The notes: generated by a model from the sequence alone, not told the origin. Shown: positions 52,350 through 62,251, counted from the first letter of the stretch. The stretch: DNA of 64,000 bases from Candidatus Omnitrophota bacterium (GCA_043820815.1 JBDRDJ010000011.1:4808-68807), one strand, 5' to 3'. A program made the numbers and translations.

Positions 52350-53600
52350 ATGGTAAATTATGTGAAAAAATTAGTTAAAGATGCGCGCCAATCAAGCTAT
52401 AAACTTGCCAAGCTAAGCGCTAAGGCCAAAAACAAAGCATTAGCAAAAATGGCCGGTTATCTTTTAAAAGAAAAAGATTATATCTTGCGCCAGAATGATA
52501 AAGATGTCGAGTTGGCAAAAAAGAATAAAACCAAAAGCAGCTTTATAGACCGCCTTTGCCTTAATCAAGAACGCATAAATGAAATGAGCACGTCACTTCA
52601 GGAAATTGCCCGGCTTCCCGACTGCATAAACCGCGTTATTACAAGCTGGCAGAGGCCTAACGGCCTTTTAATCCAGAAAGTTCGGGTTCCCATAGGAGTT
52701 GTCCTTATAATTTATGAAGCCCGCCCTAATGTTACCAGCGACTGCGCAGGGCTTTTGTTCAAAACATCCAATGCGGGCATTTTAAGAGGCGGCAAAGATG
52801 CACTGCATTCCAACAAAGCGATATATAATGTTTTGCTTAAGGCGGTATCCGAGAGCGGCATAGATTTTATCCCTTTCTTTCTTGTTGATAAAACAGCTCA
52901 CAGGGCAGTAGATTTGCTTCTTAAGGAGAATGATTATATTGACATGGTTATACCCAGAGGCGGCGAAGCTTTGGTGAGGAAAGTTGTTGAGCTTTCAAGG
53001 ATTCCCGTAATTAAGCATTACAAAGGCGTGTGCCATATTTTTATCGATAAAAATATAAACTTTAAAACCGCATTAGATATATGCGTTAATGCCAAAGTCC
53101 AGAGGCCTTCGGTTTGTAACGCCGTTGAAACCATACTCATACACGAGAAAACCGCGCCTAAATTTCTGCCTTTGCTTAAGAGTGAATTCGATAAATATAA
53201 AGTTCAGATGCTCGGCGATACAAAAACACGCAAAATATTAAAGAGGGTAAAAAAAGCCCAGGAAAAAGATTGGAGTGAGGAATACCTTGATTTGATAGTT
53301 TCGATAAAAGTCGTAAAAGATGTTGATGAAGCGATAAACCATATAAACCGTTACGGTTCAAAGCATACAGACGCAATCATCACGAAGAATATCGCCAATA
53401 TTTCCAAGTTCACAAGGGAAGTAGATTCTGCCTGTTGTTTTTCCAATATCTCAACGCGCTTTAGCGACGGGTATCAATTTGGGTTAGGAGCGGAAATCGG
53501 AATTTCAACGGATAAGCTTCACGCCAGAGGCCCTATGGGGGCCGAGGAGCTTACTACCTATAAATATGTGGTTTACGGAAACGGGCAGATCCGTACATAG
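52350..53600 (+). CDS. proA: Gamma-glutamyl phosphate reductase
   Basis: Aldehyde-dehydrogenase fold with IYEARPNV, the catalytic-Cys context SVCNAVETILIH, and a GNGQIR C-terminus. Confidence 0.9.
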   Translation: MVNYVKKLVKDARQSSYKLAKLSAKAKNKALAKMAGYLLKEKDYILRQNDKDVELAKKNKTKSSFIDRLCLNQERINEMSTSLQEIARLPDCINRVITSWQRPNGLLIQKVRVPIGVVLIIYEARPNVTSDCAGLLFKTSNAGILRGGKDALHSNKAIYNVLLKAVSESGIDFIPFFLVDKTAHRAVDLLLKENDYIDMVIPRGGEALVRKVVELSRIPVIKHYKGVCHIFIDKNINFKTALDICVNAKVQRPSVCNAVETILIHEKTAPKFLPLLKSEFDKYKVQMLGDTKTRKILKRVKKAQEKDWSEEYLDLIVSIKVVKDVDEAINHINRYGSKHTDAIITKNIANISKFTREVDSACCFSNISTRFSDGYQFGLGAEIGISTDKLHARGPMGAEELTTYKYVVYGNGQIRT

Positions 53601-53648
53601 TAGAGGCAGGGCTTGTCTCTGCCCGTAACTAATCGCCGTAATTATTTT

Positions 53649-54209
53649 ATGAAAGTAGGTATATTAGGAGGGACATTTAACCCGCCGCACATAGGGCATC
53701 TGGTTTTAGCCAGGGAAACACTTGAGGCATTAAAGCTCGATAAAGTTTTTTTTATCCCTACAAACACGCCCCCGCATAAAGTAAACGACAATATTTCAGC
53801 TAACCACCGTTATGCGATGGTTAAACTCGCTATCATTGGAGAGCCCTGTTTTGAGGTTTTAGATATCGAAATTGAGCGAAAAGGCGTATCTTTTACCGTA
53901 GATACGGTTAAGCAATTAAGGAAGAAGTACCCCGGCTATGAATTTTTTCTTGTGGCTGGTTCAGAGCTGGCTCGTGATTTTGCAGAATGGAAGGATTTCG
54001 AAACTATTAAAAAGAATGTAAAAATCGTTGTTGCTCAAAGAGAAATTTGCCCTTTGGATAAAACAGACGGTTTTATTGAACTAAAGATAAGCCAGATCGG
54101 GATTTCTTCATCGCAAATTCGTAAGCTTCTACAGCAGGGTAAATCTGCAAAATATTTTGTGCGCGATAACGTCCTTGATTATATTAATAAACATAAATTG
54201 TACATGTAG
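53649..54209 (+). CDS. nadD: Nicotinate-nucleotide adenylyltransferase
   Basis: GILGGTFNPPHIGH (the H/TxGH motif) and a late ISSSQIR motif. I prefer the ATG at 53649. The track start at 53613 lies in a hairpin repeat. Confidence 0.88.
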   Translation: MKVGILGGTFNPPHIGHLVLARETLEALKLDKVFFIPTNTPPHKVNDNISANHRYAMVKLAIIGEPCFEVLDIEIERKGVSFTVDTVKQLRKKYPGYEFFLVAGSELARDFAEWKDFETIKKNVKIVVAQREICPLDKTDGFIELKISQIGISSSQIRKLLQQGKSAKYFVRDNVLDYINKHKLYM

Positions 54210-54236
54210 AGACGCGATTAATCGCGTCTCTACATG
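54203..54236. terminator. Perfect 34-nt palindrome overlapping the nadD stop codon
   Basis: CATGTAGAGACGCGATTAATCGCGTCTCTACATG is fully self-complementary (15-bp stem, TTAA loop). Confidence 0.55.
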
Positions 54237-54255
54237 GTTATAATGGAGAAAAAAA

Positions 54256-55650
54256 ATGATTAAATTCGGAACAGACGGCTGGCGCGCCGTCATAGCAGAG
54301 GATTTTACTTTTGAAAATATAAAAATTGTATCTCAGGCTATTTCTGATTATCTGAATAACCAAATAAAGAACAAAAAGAAGAAAGTCGTTATCGGTTATG
54401 ACACACGGTTTTTATCGGCTGAGTTTGCAAAGACAGTTGGCTTGGTTTTAGCGGCTAATAATATTAAGGTTGTTTTATCAGATAAATATATCCCCACGCC
54501 GGTTGTGAGCTTTCATGGCCTGCATGACAGGTATGATTTAGGAATTATGCTTACGGCATCGCATAATCCCGCTAATTTTAACGGATTGAAGATTAAGACT
54601 AAAGAGGGCGGTTCTGCGGACAAGAGCATCACAGATAAGGTCGAGAAATTGCTGAATAAGAAAAAGCCTAAAATTATCGGGCTAAAAGAAGCAAAAGAAA
54701 GAGGATTGTTTGAAATTAAGGATTTAACCGCTTCTTATGTTGATTTTCTTAAGAGTTTTGTTGATATCTTAAACATCAGGAAGCTTAAAGCAAGGATTCT
54801 CATAGACACCATGTATGGCACAGGCGGCAGTTTTATCGAGAAGGTTATCGGTGGGAGCCGGTTGTCAATAGATTATATACATAATGAATTTAACCCTTCA
54901 TTTGGCGGTATACATCCCGAGCCTGTTGAGTCAAACTTAAAAGGATTAATGGGGAGAGTAAAAAAAGAAGGCTACGATATGGGGGTTGCTTTGGATGGCG
55001 ATGCCGATAGGATTGCTATTATCGATTCTAAGGGTAACTATATTAACGCGCAGGTGCTCCTTCCTCTTTTGGCAATTCACATGATAAAAAATCGTAAAGA
55101 AAAAGGAGGCATCGGGAAAACAGTCGTAGGCAGCAACGTAATAGATGAAGTCGCGCTTTCTTTGGGGGCCGCTTGCTATGAGACTCCCGTGGGCTTTAAA
55201 TATCTTTCCAGCCTGTTTAAAGAAAATCTTATATGTGTGGGCGGAGAAGAAGCCGGAGGCATTGGTTTTCGCGGCTACATACCCGAGCGTGACGCATCCT
55301 GCGCTTTCCTTCTTCTTTTAGAAATGCTTGCTTTTACAAGGCAAGACTTGGATAAAGTCCTTTTAAATTTTTATAAATCTTACGGCCGCTGGTTTTATAG
55401 CCGGATATCGGTCCCAGCTAAGAGCCTGAAGAAAGGCTTAGAAAGCCTTAAACTTCTTGATAATATCTGCGGGAAAAAAGTTGAAAGAATCAATACTCTT
55501 GACGGTATAAAACTAATAGCAAGGGACTGCTGGTTAATGTTTAGAAAGTCGGGAACCGAACCGATTGTCCGTGTATACGCTGAGGCAAAGAGCCAAAAGG
55601 AAGCAGACAGACTGCTTGGCCTTGGAAAAAGAATGATCAATGATTTATAG
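54256..55650 (+). CDS. Phosphoglucomutase/phosphomannomutase family protein
   Basis: FGTDGWRA, active-site TASHNP, Mg site DGDADR, and a GEEAGG sugar-binding loop. Confidence 0.88.
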   Translation: MIKFGTDGWRAVIAEDFTFENIKIVSQAISDYLNNQIKNKKKKVVIGYDTRFLSAEFAKTVGLVLAANNIKVVLSDKYIPTPVVSFHGLHDRYDLGIMLTASHNPANFNGLKIKTKEGGSADKSITDKVEKLLNKKKPKIIGLKEAKERGLFEIKDLTASYVDFLKSFVDILNIRKLKARILIDTMYGTGGSFIEKVIGGSRLSIDYIHNEFNPSFGGIHPEPVESNLKGLMGRVKKEGYDMGVALDGDADRIAIIDSKGNYINAQVLLPLLAIHMIKNRKEKGGIGKTVVGSNVIDEVALSLGAACYETPVGFKYLSSLFKENLICVGGEEAGGIGFRGYIPERDASCAFLLLLEMLAFTRQDLDKVLLNFYKSYGRWFYSRISVPAKSLKKGLESLKLLDNICGKKVERINTLDGIKLIARDCWLMFRKSGTEPIVRVYAEAKSQKEADRLLGLGKRMINDL

Positions 55651-56218
55651 TTTTATACGATTTCTGTTTTTTATTTTATTCGTGCCGGTTTTAAGAGTAA
55701 AAGTAGAAGGTAGAGAATATATTACCGGCACAGCCCCGTGTATTATAGCCTCAAACCATCTAAGCTATCTTGACCCGCCGCTTATCGGTGTGATTCTTAA
55801 GGCAAAGATGTTTTCTCTCGGGAAAGAGGAGCTGTTCAAGAAGAGCGGGATTCTTGCTTTTATCCTGCGCTCTATAAATGTGATACCGGTAAGAAGAGGT
55901 AAAACAGATATCCGTGCCATAAAAACCGCCCTAAAGGCGCTTAAGAGCAAGCCTTTGCTTATTTTCCCTCAAGGGACCCGAAAGCATTCGTATGATGTAT
56001 TTAACGATGGCGTAGGTTTTCTTTGCAAGAAATCAGGGGTTGGTGTTGTTGCTTGTAAAATTTACGGGACTGATGAAATTCTTCCCGCCGGCAAAAAACT
56101 CCTTAGATTGAAACCGGGCAAAATCAGGTTAGTTTTTGATAAAGTTGATAACATAAAAGAATCCGACAGTTACCGGGATATTTCAATTAAAGTTATTGAG
56201 AAGATAAAGTCCCTTTAG
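55640..56218 (+). CDS. plsC: 1-acyl-sn-glycerol-3-phosphate acyltransferase
   Basis: NHLSYLD (HxxxxD), FPQGTR, and an N-terminal hydrophobic segment. 192 aa. Confidence 0.85.
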   Translation: MIYSFIRFLFFILFVPVLRVKVEGREYITGTAPCIIASNHLSYLDPPLIGVILKAKMFSLGKEELFKKSGILAFILRSINVIPVRRGKTDIRAIKTALKALKSKPLLIFPQGTRKHSYDVFNDGVGFLCKKSGVGVVACKIYGTDEILPAGKKLLRLKPGKIRLVFDKVDNIKESDSYRDISIKVIEKIKSL

Positions 56219-56382
56219 GGATGCAGATTAATGCACCTGCGGCTATCTGCGTCTAACGTTTTTGTTATTGACAAAGGCAGCTATTTAGGAGATAATTCTA
56301 AAAATTTAAATGAGGCAGTATCTTTTGGCAAGCGAAGCGCAGCCATAAATTGCGGCCTTACTCAAGGAGGAACAAGCAAAAC

Positions 56383-57147
56383 ATGGAAGAAGTCTTAACA
56401 GAACTGCAAAATGCATACTACGAAACTATCAAGGAATTAACCGAAGGCGAGATTGTTAAAGGGAAAGTCATCGGTTCTACCACCAGAGATGTCATCGTTG
56501 ACGTTGGTTACAAATCTGAGGGCATGATTCCCCGCGAAGAATTCAGAGGTTCATCCATTGATGAATTGGGCGAAATCGATGTATACGTTGAGAATGTTGA
56601 GGATGAGGAAGGAAAGATCGTACTTTCATTTAAGAAAGCCAACGAAACAAAGGGGTGGCAAACCCTTGTCGATACATATAAAGAGAAAGACCTTGTTGAA
56701 GGCACAATTACCCGCCGCGTTAAGGGCGGTTACATGGTGAGCACTTTCGGGGTTGAAGGTTTCTTGCCTCAGAGCCTTGCGTCCTTTAGGAATATGAGCC
56801 CTAACGAAATAGAAGGCAATAAATATTATTTCCAGATTGTTAAGATGAATAAGGCCAAAGGTAATTTTATCCTTTCGCGCAAAGACGCCGTGCGGATTGA
56901 GCGTGAGATTCAAAGGAAAAAGATTTGGGAAGAGCTCAAAGCAGGCACAGAGGTCAAGGGAAAAGTCAAAAGCATTACTAATTTCGGCTCTTTTGTTGAT
57001 TTAGGAGGTGTAGACGGGCTTCTTCATATCGCTGATATGAGCTGGAAAAGATCACGCATCCTTCAGAGGTTGTTGCGGTTGGCGATGAGATACAGGTTAT
57101 TGTTTTGGCTTTTGACAGAGAGAAAGGAAAAGTGTCTCTGGGGCTGA
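56383..57147 (+). CDS. rpsA: 30S ribosomal protein S1, N-terminal part (reading frame broken near 57046-57049)
   Basis: Repeated S1 motifs (GxVxGxV...GxFVDLGG.DGLLHI). After ...ADMSWKR the translation becomes nonsense (SRILQRLLRLAMRY...). Confidence 0.85.
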   Translation: MEEVLTELQNAYYETIKELTEGEIVKGKVIGSTTRDVIVDVGYKSEGMIPREEFRGSSIDELGEIDVYVENVEDEEGKIVLSFKKANETKGWQTLVDTYKEKDLVEGTITRRVKGGYMVSTFGVEGFLPQSLASFRNMSPNEIEGNKYYFQIVKMNKAKGNFILSRKDAVRIEREIQRKKIWEELKAGTEVKGKVKSITNFGSFVDLGGVDGLLHIADMSWKRSRILQRLLRLAMRYRLLFWLLTERKEKCLWG

Positions 57148-57947
57148 AGCAGACAACGCCTGATCCATGGATGGAGATAGACCGTAAGTATCCGGTTTCA
57201 TCTACCGTAACAGGCAGGATTACCAATATTCAGAATTACGGCGTGTTTGTTGAGCTGGAAAAAGGAATTGAAGGATTAGTGCACATAAGTGAAGTATCCT
57301 GGGCAAAACGATTTATAAACCTATTTGAGATGTTTGCGATAGGCGATGCTGTTGAAGCTAAGGTTATTGGCGTTGAGCCTCGTGAAAGAAAAATTTCCTT
57401 GAGCATAAAACAACTTGAGAAAGACCCCTGGGACGAAGCTGAGAATACAGTAACTATTGATTCGGTGACAGACGGAAAGGTTACCGGTTATGGAGAAGGG
57501 TGCGCTTATGTTGAACTAAACAACGGCCTCGAGGGGGTTATTTATAACGAAGATATATCCTGGACCAAGAGAATAAGCCGGACCCAAGAGGCGTTAAGAA
57601 GAGGCCATAATTACGATTTTAAGGTTTTGGGAATTGACAGGTCCAACAAAAGGATAATTCTGGGTGTTAAACAGCTTAAAGATGACCCCTGGCCTGATAT
57701 ACTGGAGAAGTTTCCTGTCGGTATGGTTATAGAAGGGGAAGTGCTCAAAGTAACCAAGTTCGGAGCATTTGTTAAGATTGACGACGGCCTGGAAGGTTTG
57801 GTGTTTGCCTCGGAAATCGACGAAGAGTTGGCTGAGAAACTGATTCCGAGGAGTAAAGTGCAGGTAAAGATAATAAAGATAGATCCCGGATCAGCGAAAA
57901 TCGGCCTTTCTACAAAAACAGACGGCTCAAGCGATGATTTGCAGTGA
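57105..57947 (+). CDS. rpsA: 30S ribosomal protein S1, C-terminal part (continues in the -1 frame)
   Basis: The -1 frame from 57050 reads ITHPSEVVAVGDEIQVIVLAFDREKGKVSLGLKQ, the expected S1 continuation. Three more S1 domains follow. Confidence 0.85.
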   Translation: MAFDREKGKVSLGLKQTTPDPWMEIDRKYPVSSTVTGRITNIQNYGVFVELEKGIEGLVHISEVSWAKRFINLFEMFAIGDAVEAKVIGVEPRERKISLSIKQLEKDPWDEAENTVTIDSVTDGKVTGYGEGCAYVELNNGLEGVIYNEDISWTKRISRTQEALRRGHNYDFKVLGIDRSNKRIILGVKQLKDDPWPDILEKFPVGMVIEGEVLKVTKFGAFVKIDDGLEGLVFASEIDEELAEKLIPRSKVQVKIIKIDPGSAKIGLSTKTDGSSDDLQ

Positions 57948-57997
57948 TGACCTTTAGGCAGTCCATTATCACTGACAGCAACTTTAATTACAGCTAA

Positions 57998-58028
57998 ACC
58001 CCGTTAGAAATTACATTTCTAACGGGGT
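57998..58028. terminator. Perfect 14-bp hairpin after rpsA (shares the CCCCGTTAG/CTAACGGGG core with the 25678 terminator)
   Basis: ACCCCGTTAGAAAT, TAC, ATTTCTAACGGGGT. There is no clear U-tract. Confidence 0.5.
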
Positions 58029-58068
58029 AAATAAGGAGTCTTTTGCGAATAATGCAAAGGTAAAACAG

Positions 58069-59283
58069 GTGAACGGCGAAGCACTTAAACACCTTAATGC
58101 AATAAAGGATAATAGTGTTGACCTTATTGCCGAAGACGAACTACTGTTAAAGATCCAGAATTCTCTTACCGCTAAAAAGCCCCTTAAGTTAAAGATTGGT
58201 TTCGACCCTACCGCCCGTGATATTCATCTTGGCCACACAGTATGTTTAAGAAAATTAAGAAAATTGCAGGATTTAGGCCATTGCGTTTATCTTATAATAG
58301 GCGATTTTACCGCTAAAATCGGAGATCCGTCCGGAAGATCCGCTCTTCGCCCGGTATTATCAGAGGAACAAATAAAAGATAATGCAAGAACATACACGGA
58401 CCAGGTCTTTAAAATATTAGATAAAAGTAAAACAAAAGTAATTTATAACAGTACTTGGTATAAAGGTATTTCGGTTTCGGAATTTCTTTCTTTGCTTTCA
58501 TGTTATACTGTTGCCAGGATGCTCGAAAGAGACGATTTTTCAAAGAGAATGAAAGAAAACCGCCCGCTTACTATCCTTGAGCTGGTTTATCCTCTCATTC
58601 AGGGTTATGATTCCGTTAAACTTGAGGCGGATATCGAATTCGGAGGCACGGACCAGAAATTCAATCTTATCGTGGGCAGGCACCTTCAGGATGTTTTTGG
58701 GCAAAAGCCCCAAGGTGTCGTTACCATGCCGCTGCTTGTAGGTTTAGACGGAACTAATAAAATGTCCAAGTCGTTAAACAATTATGTAGGGGTAACAGAG
58801 GATTCTAAAAGCATGTTCGGCAAATTGATGAGTATTTCTGATTGTGCCATGTGGGAATATTTCCGCCTGTTAACCGATTGCGATATTAAAGAGGTTAAAG
58901 CCATGCACCCTAAAGATGCGAAAATGTTTTTAGCAGAGACAATTGTCTCTTTGTATCATACGCAAGCTCTTGCCCAAAAAGAGAAAATCGAGTTTGAAAG
59001 TGTATTTTCCCAAAAGAAAATCCCCAGGGAAATTCCCGTGTATGAGGCTAAGTTCGCCGATATCGATGTGATAGAAGTTTTATCTGAAAACAAAATAGTG
59101 GGCTCAAAAAATGAAGCCAGGCGCTTATTGGCGCAAGGCGGTATTTCTATTGTAAATATTGCCGGCAGTATTTCCGCAACCGTTTTAACCGGGCATACTC
59201 TTAAGATTCCCGCCGAAGGCGTTGTGGTTAAGATCGGCAAGAAGAAATTTTTAAAGATAGTTTTAACCGGGAAAACGCAGTAG
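58069..59283 (+). CDS. tyrS: Tyrosyl-tRNA synthetase
   Basis: GFDPTARDIHLGH (HIGH), KMSKS, and a C-terminal S4-like domain. GTG start. Confidence 0.88.
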   Translation: MNGEALKHLNAIKDNSVDLIAEDELLLKIQNSLTAKKPLKLKIGFDPTARDIHLGHTVCLRKLRKLQDLGHCVYLIIGDFTAKIGDPSGRSALRPVLSEEQIKDNARTYTDQVFKILDKSKTKVIYNSTWYKGISVSEFLSLLSCYTVARMLERDDFSKRMKENRPLTILELVYPLIQGYDSVKLEADIEFGGTDQKFNLIVGRHLQDVFGQKPQGVVTMPLLVGLDGTNKMSKSLNNYVGVTEDSKSMFGKLMSISDCAMWEYFRLLTDCDIKEVKAMHPKDAKMFLAETIVSLYHTQALAQKEKIEFESVFSQKKIPREIPVYEAKFADIDVIEVLSENKIVGSKNEARRLLAQGGISIVNIAGSISATVLTGHTLKIPAEGVVVKIGKKKFLKIVLTGKTQ

Positions 59284-59326
59284 TATTTTTCTGGTTAAAA
59301 CTTAAAATTGTGGTAAAGTATAAATA

Positions 59327-60298
59327 ATGATAAAGGAAATCGCTACACCTAAATTAAAAGAACCGTTTTTTATCGCAGTTTGGCCGGGAATGGGCGAGGT
59401 TGCTTACCGTATAGGTTTATTCCTAAGGGAAGTGTTAGGCTTTAAAATGTTTGCGAAACTTGAAGCGGGTGATTTCTTTAAGCCCGCCGCCGTTGTAGTG
59501 GAGAATGGTGTCCTTGAATTTCCATCTATGCCGGCCGGCCTGTTTTATTACGCAAAAGCTAAAGGCATGCCTGATATTATTCTTTTTTTAGGGGAAGCTC
59601 AGCCTCCGTTAGAGCATGCGCAGGCTCTTTCGGAAACTATTATAAATTTTGTTAAGAAATACAATGCAAAGTTTATTTTTACTTTTGCCGCCAAGCCTGA
59701 ACCAATTGACCATAAGGCTGAACCTGCTGTTTGGATCGCCGCAACGCATAAAGATGTTCTGGGTGATTTTAAAGATTTTGAATTAAGAGCGGTTAGCGAC
59801 GGTCAAATAAGCGGGCTAAACGGCATTATTTTAGGGTTAGCAAAGCATAAAAAACTGCCCGGTGCATGTTTGCTGGGAGAAATTCCTTTTTATACGGTGC
59901 AGATTGAGAATCCAAAAGCAAGCACTAACGTGCTCAAGGTTTTAGATAAGCATCTCAATTTGAAATTAAATTTTTCTCCCCTAATAGAGAAGGCTAAATT
60001 TTTTGAGGAGGAAATCGATAAACTTATAAGTTATCTAAAAGGAGATGCTCCGCAACAGGGGCCCATTCCTTTAAGCGATGAAGATATCGCAAGAATAAAA
60101 AAAGATTTATCCGCGTATACCAAACTTCCTCAATCGGCAAGGGAAAAGATTGAGAAATTCTTCGAAGCTTCCAGGAGTGACATTACTTTCGCCAGTAAAC
60201 TTAAAGAAGAACTTGACCGGTGGAATGTTTATAAGGAATACGAAGACAGATTTCTCGATCTGTTTAAGAAAAAGGGAAACCTCGACGAAAGTAACTAA
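59327..60298 (+). CDS. PAC2 (proteasome assembly chaperone 2-like) family protein
   Basis: The pattern PFFIAVWPGMGEVA...ILFLGEAQPP...GLNGIILGLA...GEIPFY...PKAS resembles PF09754. The call is from memory. Confidence 0.5.
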   Translation: MIKEIATPKLKEPFFIAVWPGMGEVAYRIGLFLREVLGFKMFAKLEAGDFFKPAAVVVENGVLEFPSMPAGLFYYAKAKGMPDIILFLGEAQPPLEHAQALSETIINFVKKYNAKFIFTFAAKPEPIDHKAEPAVWIAATHKDVLGDFKDFELRAVSDGQISGLNGIILGLAKHKKLPGACLLGEIPFYTVQIENPKASTNVLKVLDKHLNLKLNFSPLIEKAKFFEEEIDKLISYLKGDAPQQGPIPLSDEDIARIKKDLSAYTKLPQSAREKIEKFFEASRSDITFASKLKEELDRWNVYKEYEDRFLDLFKKKGNLDESN

Positions 60299-60344
60299 AT
60301 AGGACCAAACTCCCCCAATTACTTCTTAACTAAAAATTACCTTT

Positions 60345-61067
60345 TTGGATATGGCATGTAAAAAAAATATAGATAGCCGGGATAACCGGGATGATTTAGC
60401 TAAGTTGAGCTTGCCGGTTGATGCGATACGCAGGCTCGAAGAAAAAGCAAAGCAGATTGGCTTAGAGGAATGGATTTTAATCGAGAATGCCTCAAGCAAT
60501 CTATTTTCAGCAATCGATGCCCTCAACATGGGAAGTAAAGTGCTCGTTGTTGCAGGAAGAGGCAATAACGGCGCAGATGTCTTAAGCTGTGCCCGTAAAC
60601 TGGCAAGCAGAGGATATAAGACGGCGGTTGTTACCTTAGAAGAAAAGCCGCTAGGAAAAGAATCGTGTTCTCAAAAACTGATCTTAGAAGCGGCAGGTAT
60701 TAAGGTAAAACCATTAACGCCTGATAATATAGATAGCTTACGCGATTTAACCCAAGAATGCGAGTATATTCTCGAAGGTATTCTAGGTATAGGTTTAAAG
60801 GGTGAGGTTTCACCTTTTTACAAAAAGGTTATTCGCATAATAAATGGAAGCGCAAAAACTGTTGTATCCTGTGATATTCCCTCAGGGCTGTCTCCCGATG
60901 GAGGTATAGTTCTTGGCGAGGCCGTAAAAGCAGATTATACAGTTACATTTATTGCTCCCAAAAATGGTTTTTTTGTTAATCAGGGCCCTTCTTGTTGCGG
61001 GAAAATTTATGTTGTTGACATAGGAATATCGAGGGAAATATTAGAAAGTATTACAGCACAAAAATAA
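60345..61067 (+). CDS. nnrE: NAD(P)H-hydrate epimerase (YjeF N-terminal domain)
   Basis: VLVVAGRGNNGADVLSCARKL and the DIPSGL motif. The exact start is uncertain. Confidence 0.75.
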   Translation: MDMACKKNIDSRDNRDDLAKLSLPVDAIRRLEEKAKQIGLEEWILIENASSNLFSAIDALNMGSKVLVVAGRGNNGADVLSCARKLASRGYKTAVVTLEEKPLGKESCSQKLILEAAGIKVKPLTPDNIDSLRDLTQECEYILEGILGIGLKGEVSPFYKKVIRIINGSAKTVVSCDIPSGLSPDGGIVLGEAVKADYTVTFIAPKNGFFVNQGPSCCGKIYVVDIGISREILESITAQK

Positions 61068-61342
61068 TTTACAAGGCCATAAAAGGCATAACCCCGCCTT
61101 TTTAAATCTTTGGAGGTGGTTAGGGAATGAAAATAACATGGTTGGGTCACCCTTGGGGATTTTAATACTAAGGGTATTAGAATCACGGGAGTAAGTTCAT
61201 TCCACTTCAAAAAGATAGTGGTCTTGGATTACCACCGCTAAATCACGAATTACCACGAATCTAATAACCAGAAAGTAGGGGCGGCCCTTGTGACCGAAGG
61301 GAACCCTGAGTATTCCCGAAGGGCGGCCGCCCGTAAAATAAT

Positions 61343-62056
61343 ATGTACCAAGAAAGGTTTTATAGAAATGCTACCCATTCAGATTATAAGATGGAAATTT
61401 ACTATAAGGAAAGCGATATTCTCTTGTGCACAGATAAACCAATCGACAAACAATATGTAAAGGATTTAATGGTAAAGCACTATGATTTAATAGCAGCCTA
61501 TATAGATAAAAGGCCGCAATTTCAATCTTCTCTTTCACCGATTGATACTGATGGCACAGCCCCTTTAATTGTCCAGGATATGCTCAAATGTTCTCGATAC
61601 ACCGGCATCGGCCCTTTTGCATCCGTTGCAGGGGCAATTTCTCACTACGTAGGCATGGAAATAATAAAGCATGTAAATGAAGTTATAATTGAGAATGGAG
61701 GAGATTTATTCTTAAAAATTACCGAAGATAAAGAAATAGGGGTTTATCTGGGAAGTAATTTTAAGCCGGATGAAATAACAATTAAGGTTAAAAAGAGAAG
61801 CGGGCCTTTTGGTATAGCATCTTCGTCATCTACTATCGGGCACAGCCTGAATTTCGGAAAAACTGACCTTGTTACTGTTATTGCTAAAGATTCAATTGCC
61901 GCCGATGGTTTCGCAACAGCCCTTTCAAACCGGATCAAAAGAGAAGAAGATGCCGGCGTTGTTTTAAAGGATGCCCAAGACAGCCCTTTAATAGACGGAA
62001 TTATAATCGCTTTTAACAAAAAGATTTATCTCTGGGGTGATCTGGAAGTTATATAG
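61343..62056 (+). CDS. UPF0280 family protein (ApbE-like fold)
   Basis: GPFASVAGAISHYVG...VIIENGGDLFL...GIASSSSTIGHSLNFGKTDLVTVIA...AADGFATAL matches my recollection of UPF0280. Confidence 0.55.
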   Translation: MYQERFYRNATHSDYKMEIYYKESDILLCTDKPIDKQYVKDLMVKHYDLIAAYIDKRPQFQSSLSPIDTDGTAPLIVQDMLKCSRYTGIGPFASVAGAISHYVGMEIIKHVNEVIIENGGDLFLKITEDKEIGVYLGSNFKPDEITIKVKKRSGPFGIASSSSTIGHSLNFGKTDLVTVIAKDSIAADGFATALSNRIKREEDAGVVLKDAQDSPLIDGIIIAFNKKIYLWGDLEVI

Positions 62057-62074
62057 GCATGTCCGATTGTTATA

Positions 62075-62193
62075 TCAAAAATCAAAATGTAAATATTAAA
62101 ATAACAAATAAAAATTCAAAATGTTTAGATTTAAATATTAAAATTTTGATTTTTACATTGTCATTTTAATTTTTAATTTTTGATATTTGATTT
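62075..62193. repeat. AT-rich inverted-repeat element, copy B
   Basis: It shares the left end AAAATCAAAATGTAAATAT and the right end ATTTTTAATTTTTGATATTTGATTT with copy A (22181-22297). Confidence 0.65.
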
Positions 62194-62201
62194 ATTATGT
62201 A

Positions 62202-62230
62202 TTGAAAGAATTATGATTCTGTGATATATA
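62202..62230 (+). promoter_or_regulatory. Candidate tRNA-Leu promoter (TTGAAA, 17 nt, TGaTATATA)
   Basis: TTGAAA at 62202-62207. Extended -10 ends at 62230. The mature tRNA 5' end is at 62252. Confidence 0.4.
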
Positions 62231-62251
62231 TATTCTCCCTTTGAATATTTT

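Noticed and set aside
57040-57060. Programmed -1 ribosomal frameshift in rpsA
   Set aside because: The site (G GAA AAG A) is not a canonical slippery heptamer, and I saw no obvious downstream stimulatory structure. A homopolymer indel error is the simpler explanation.
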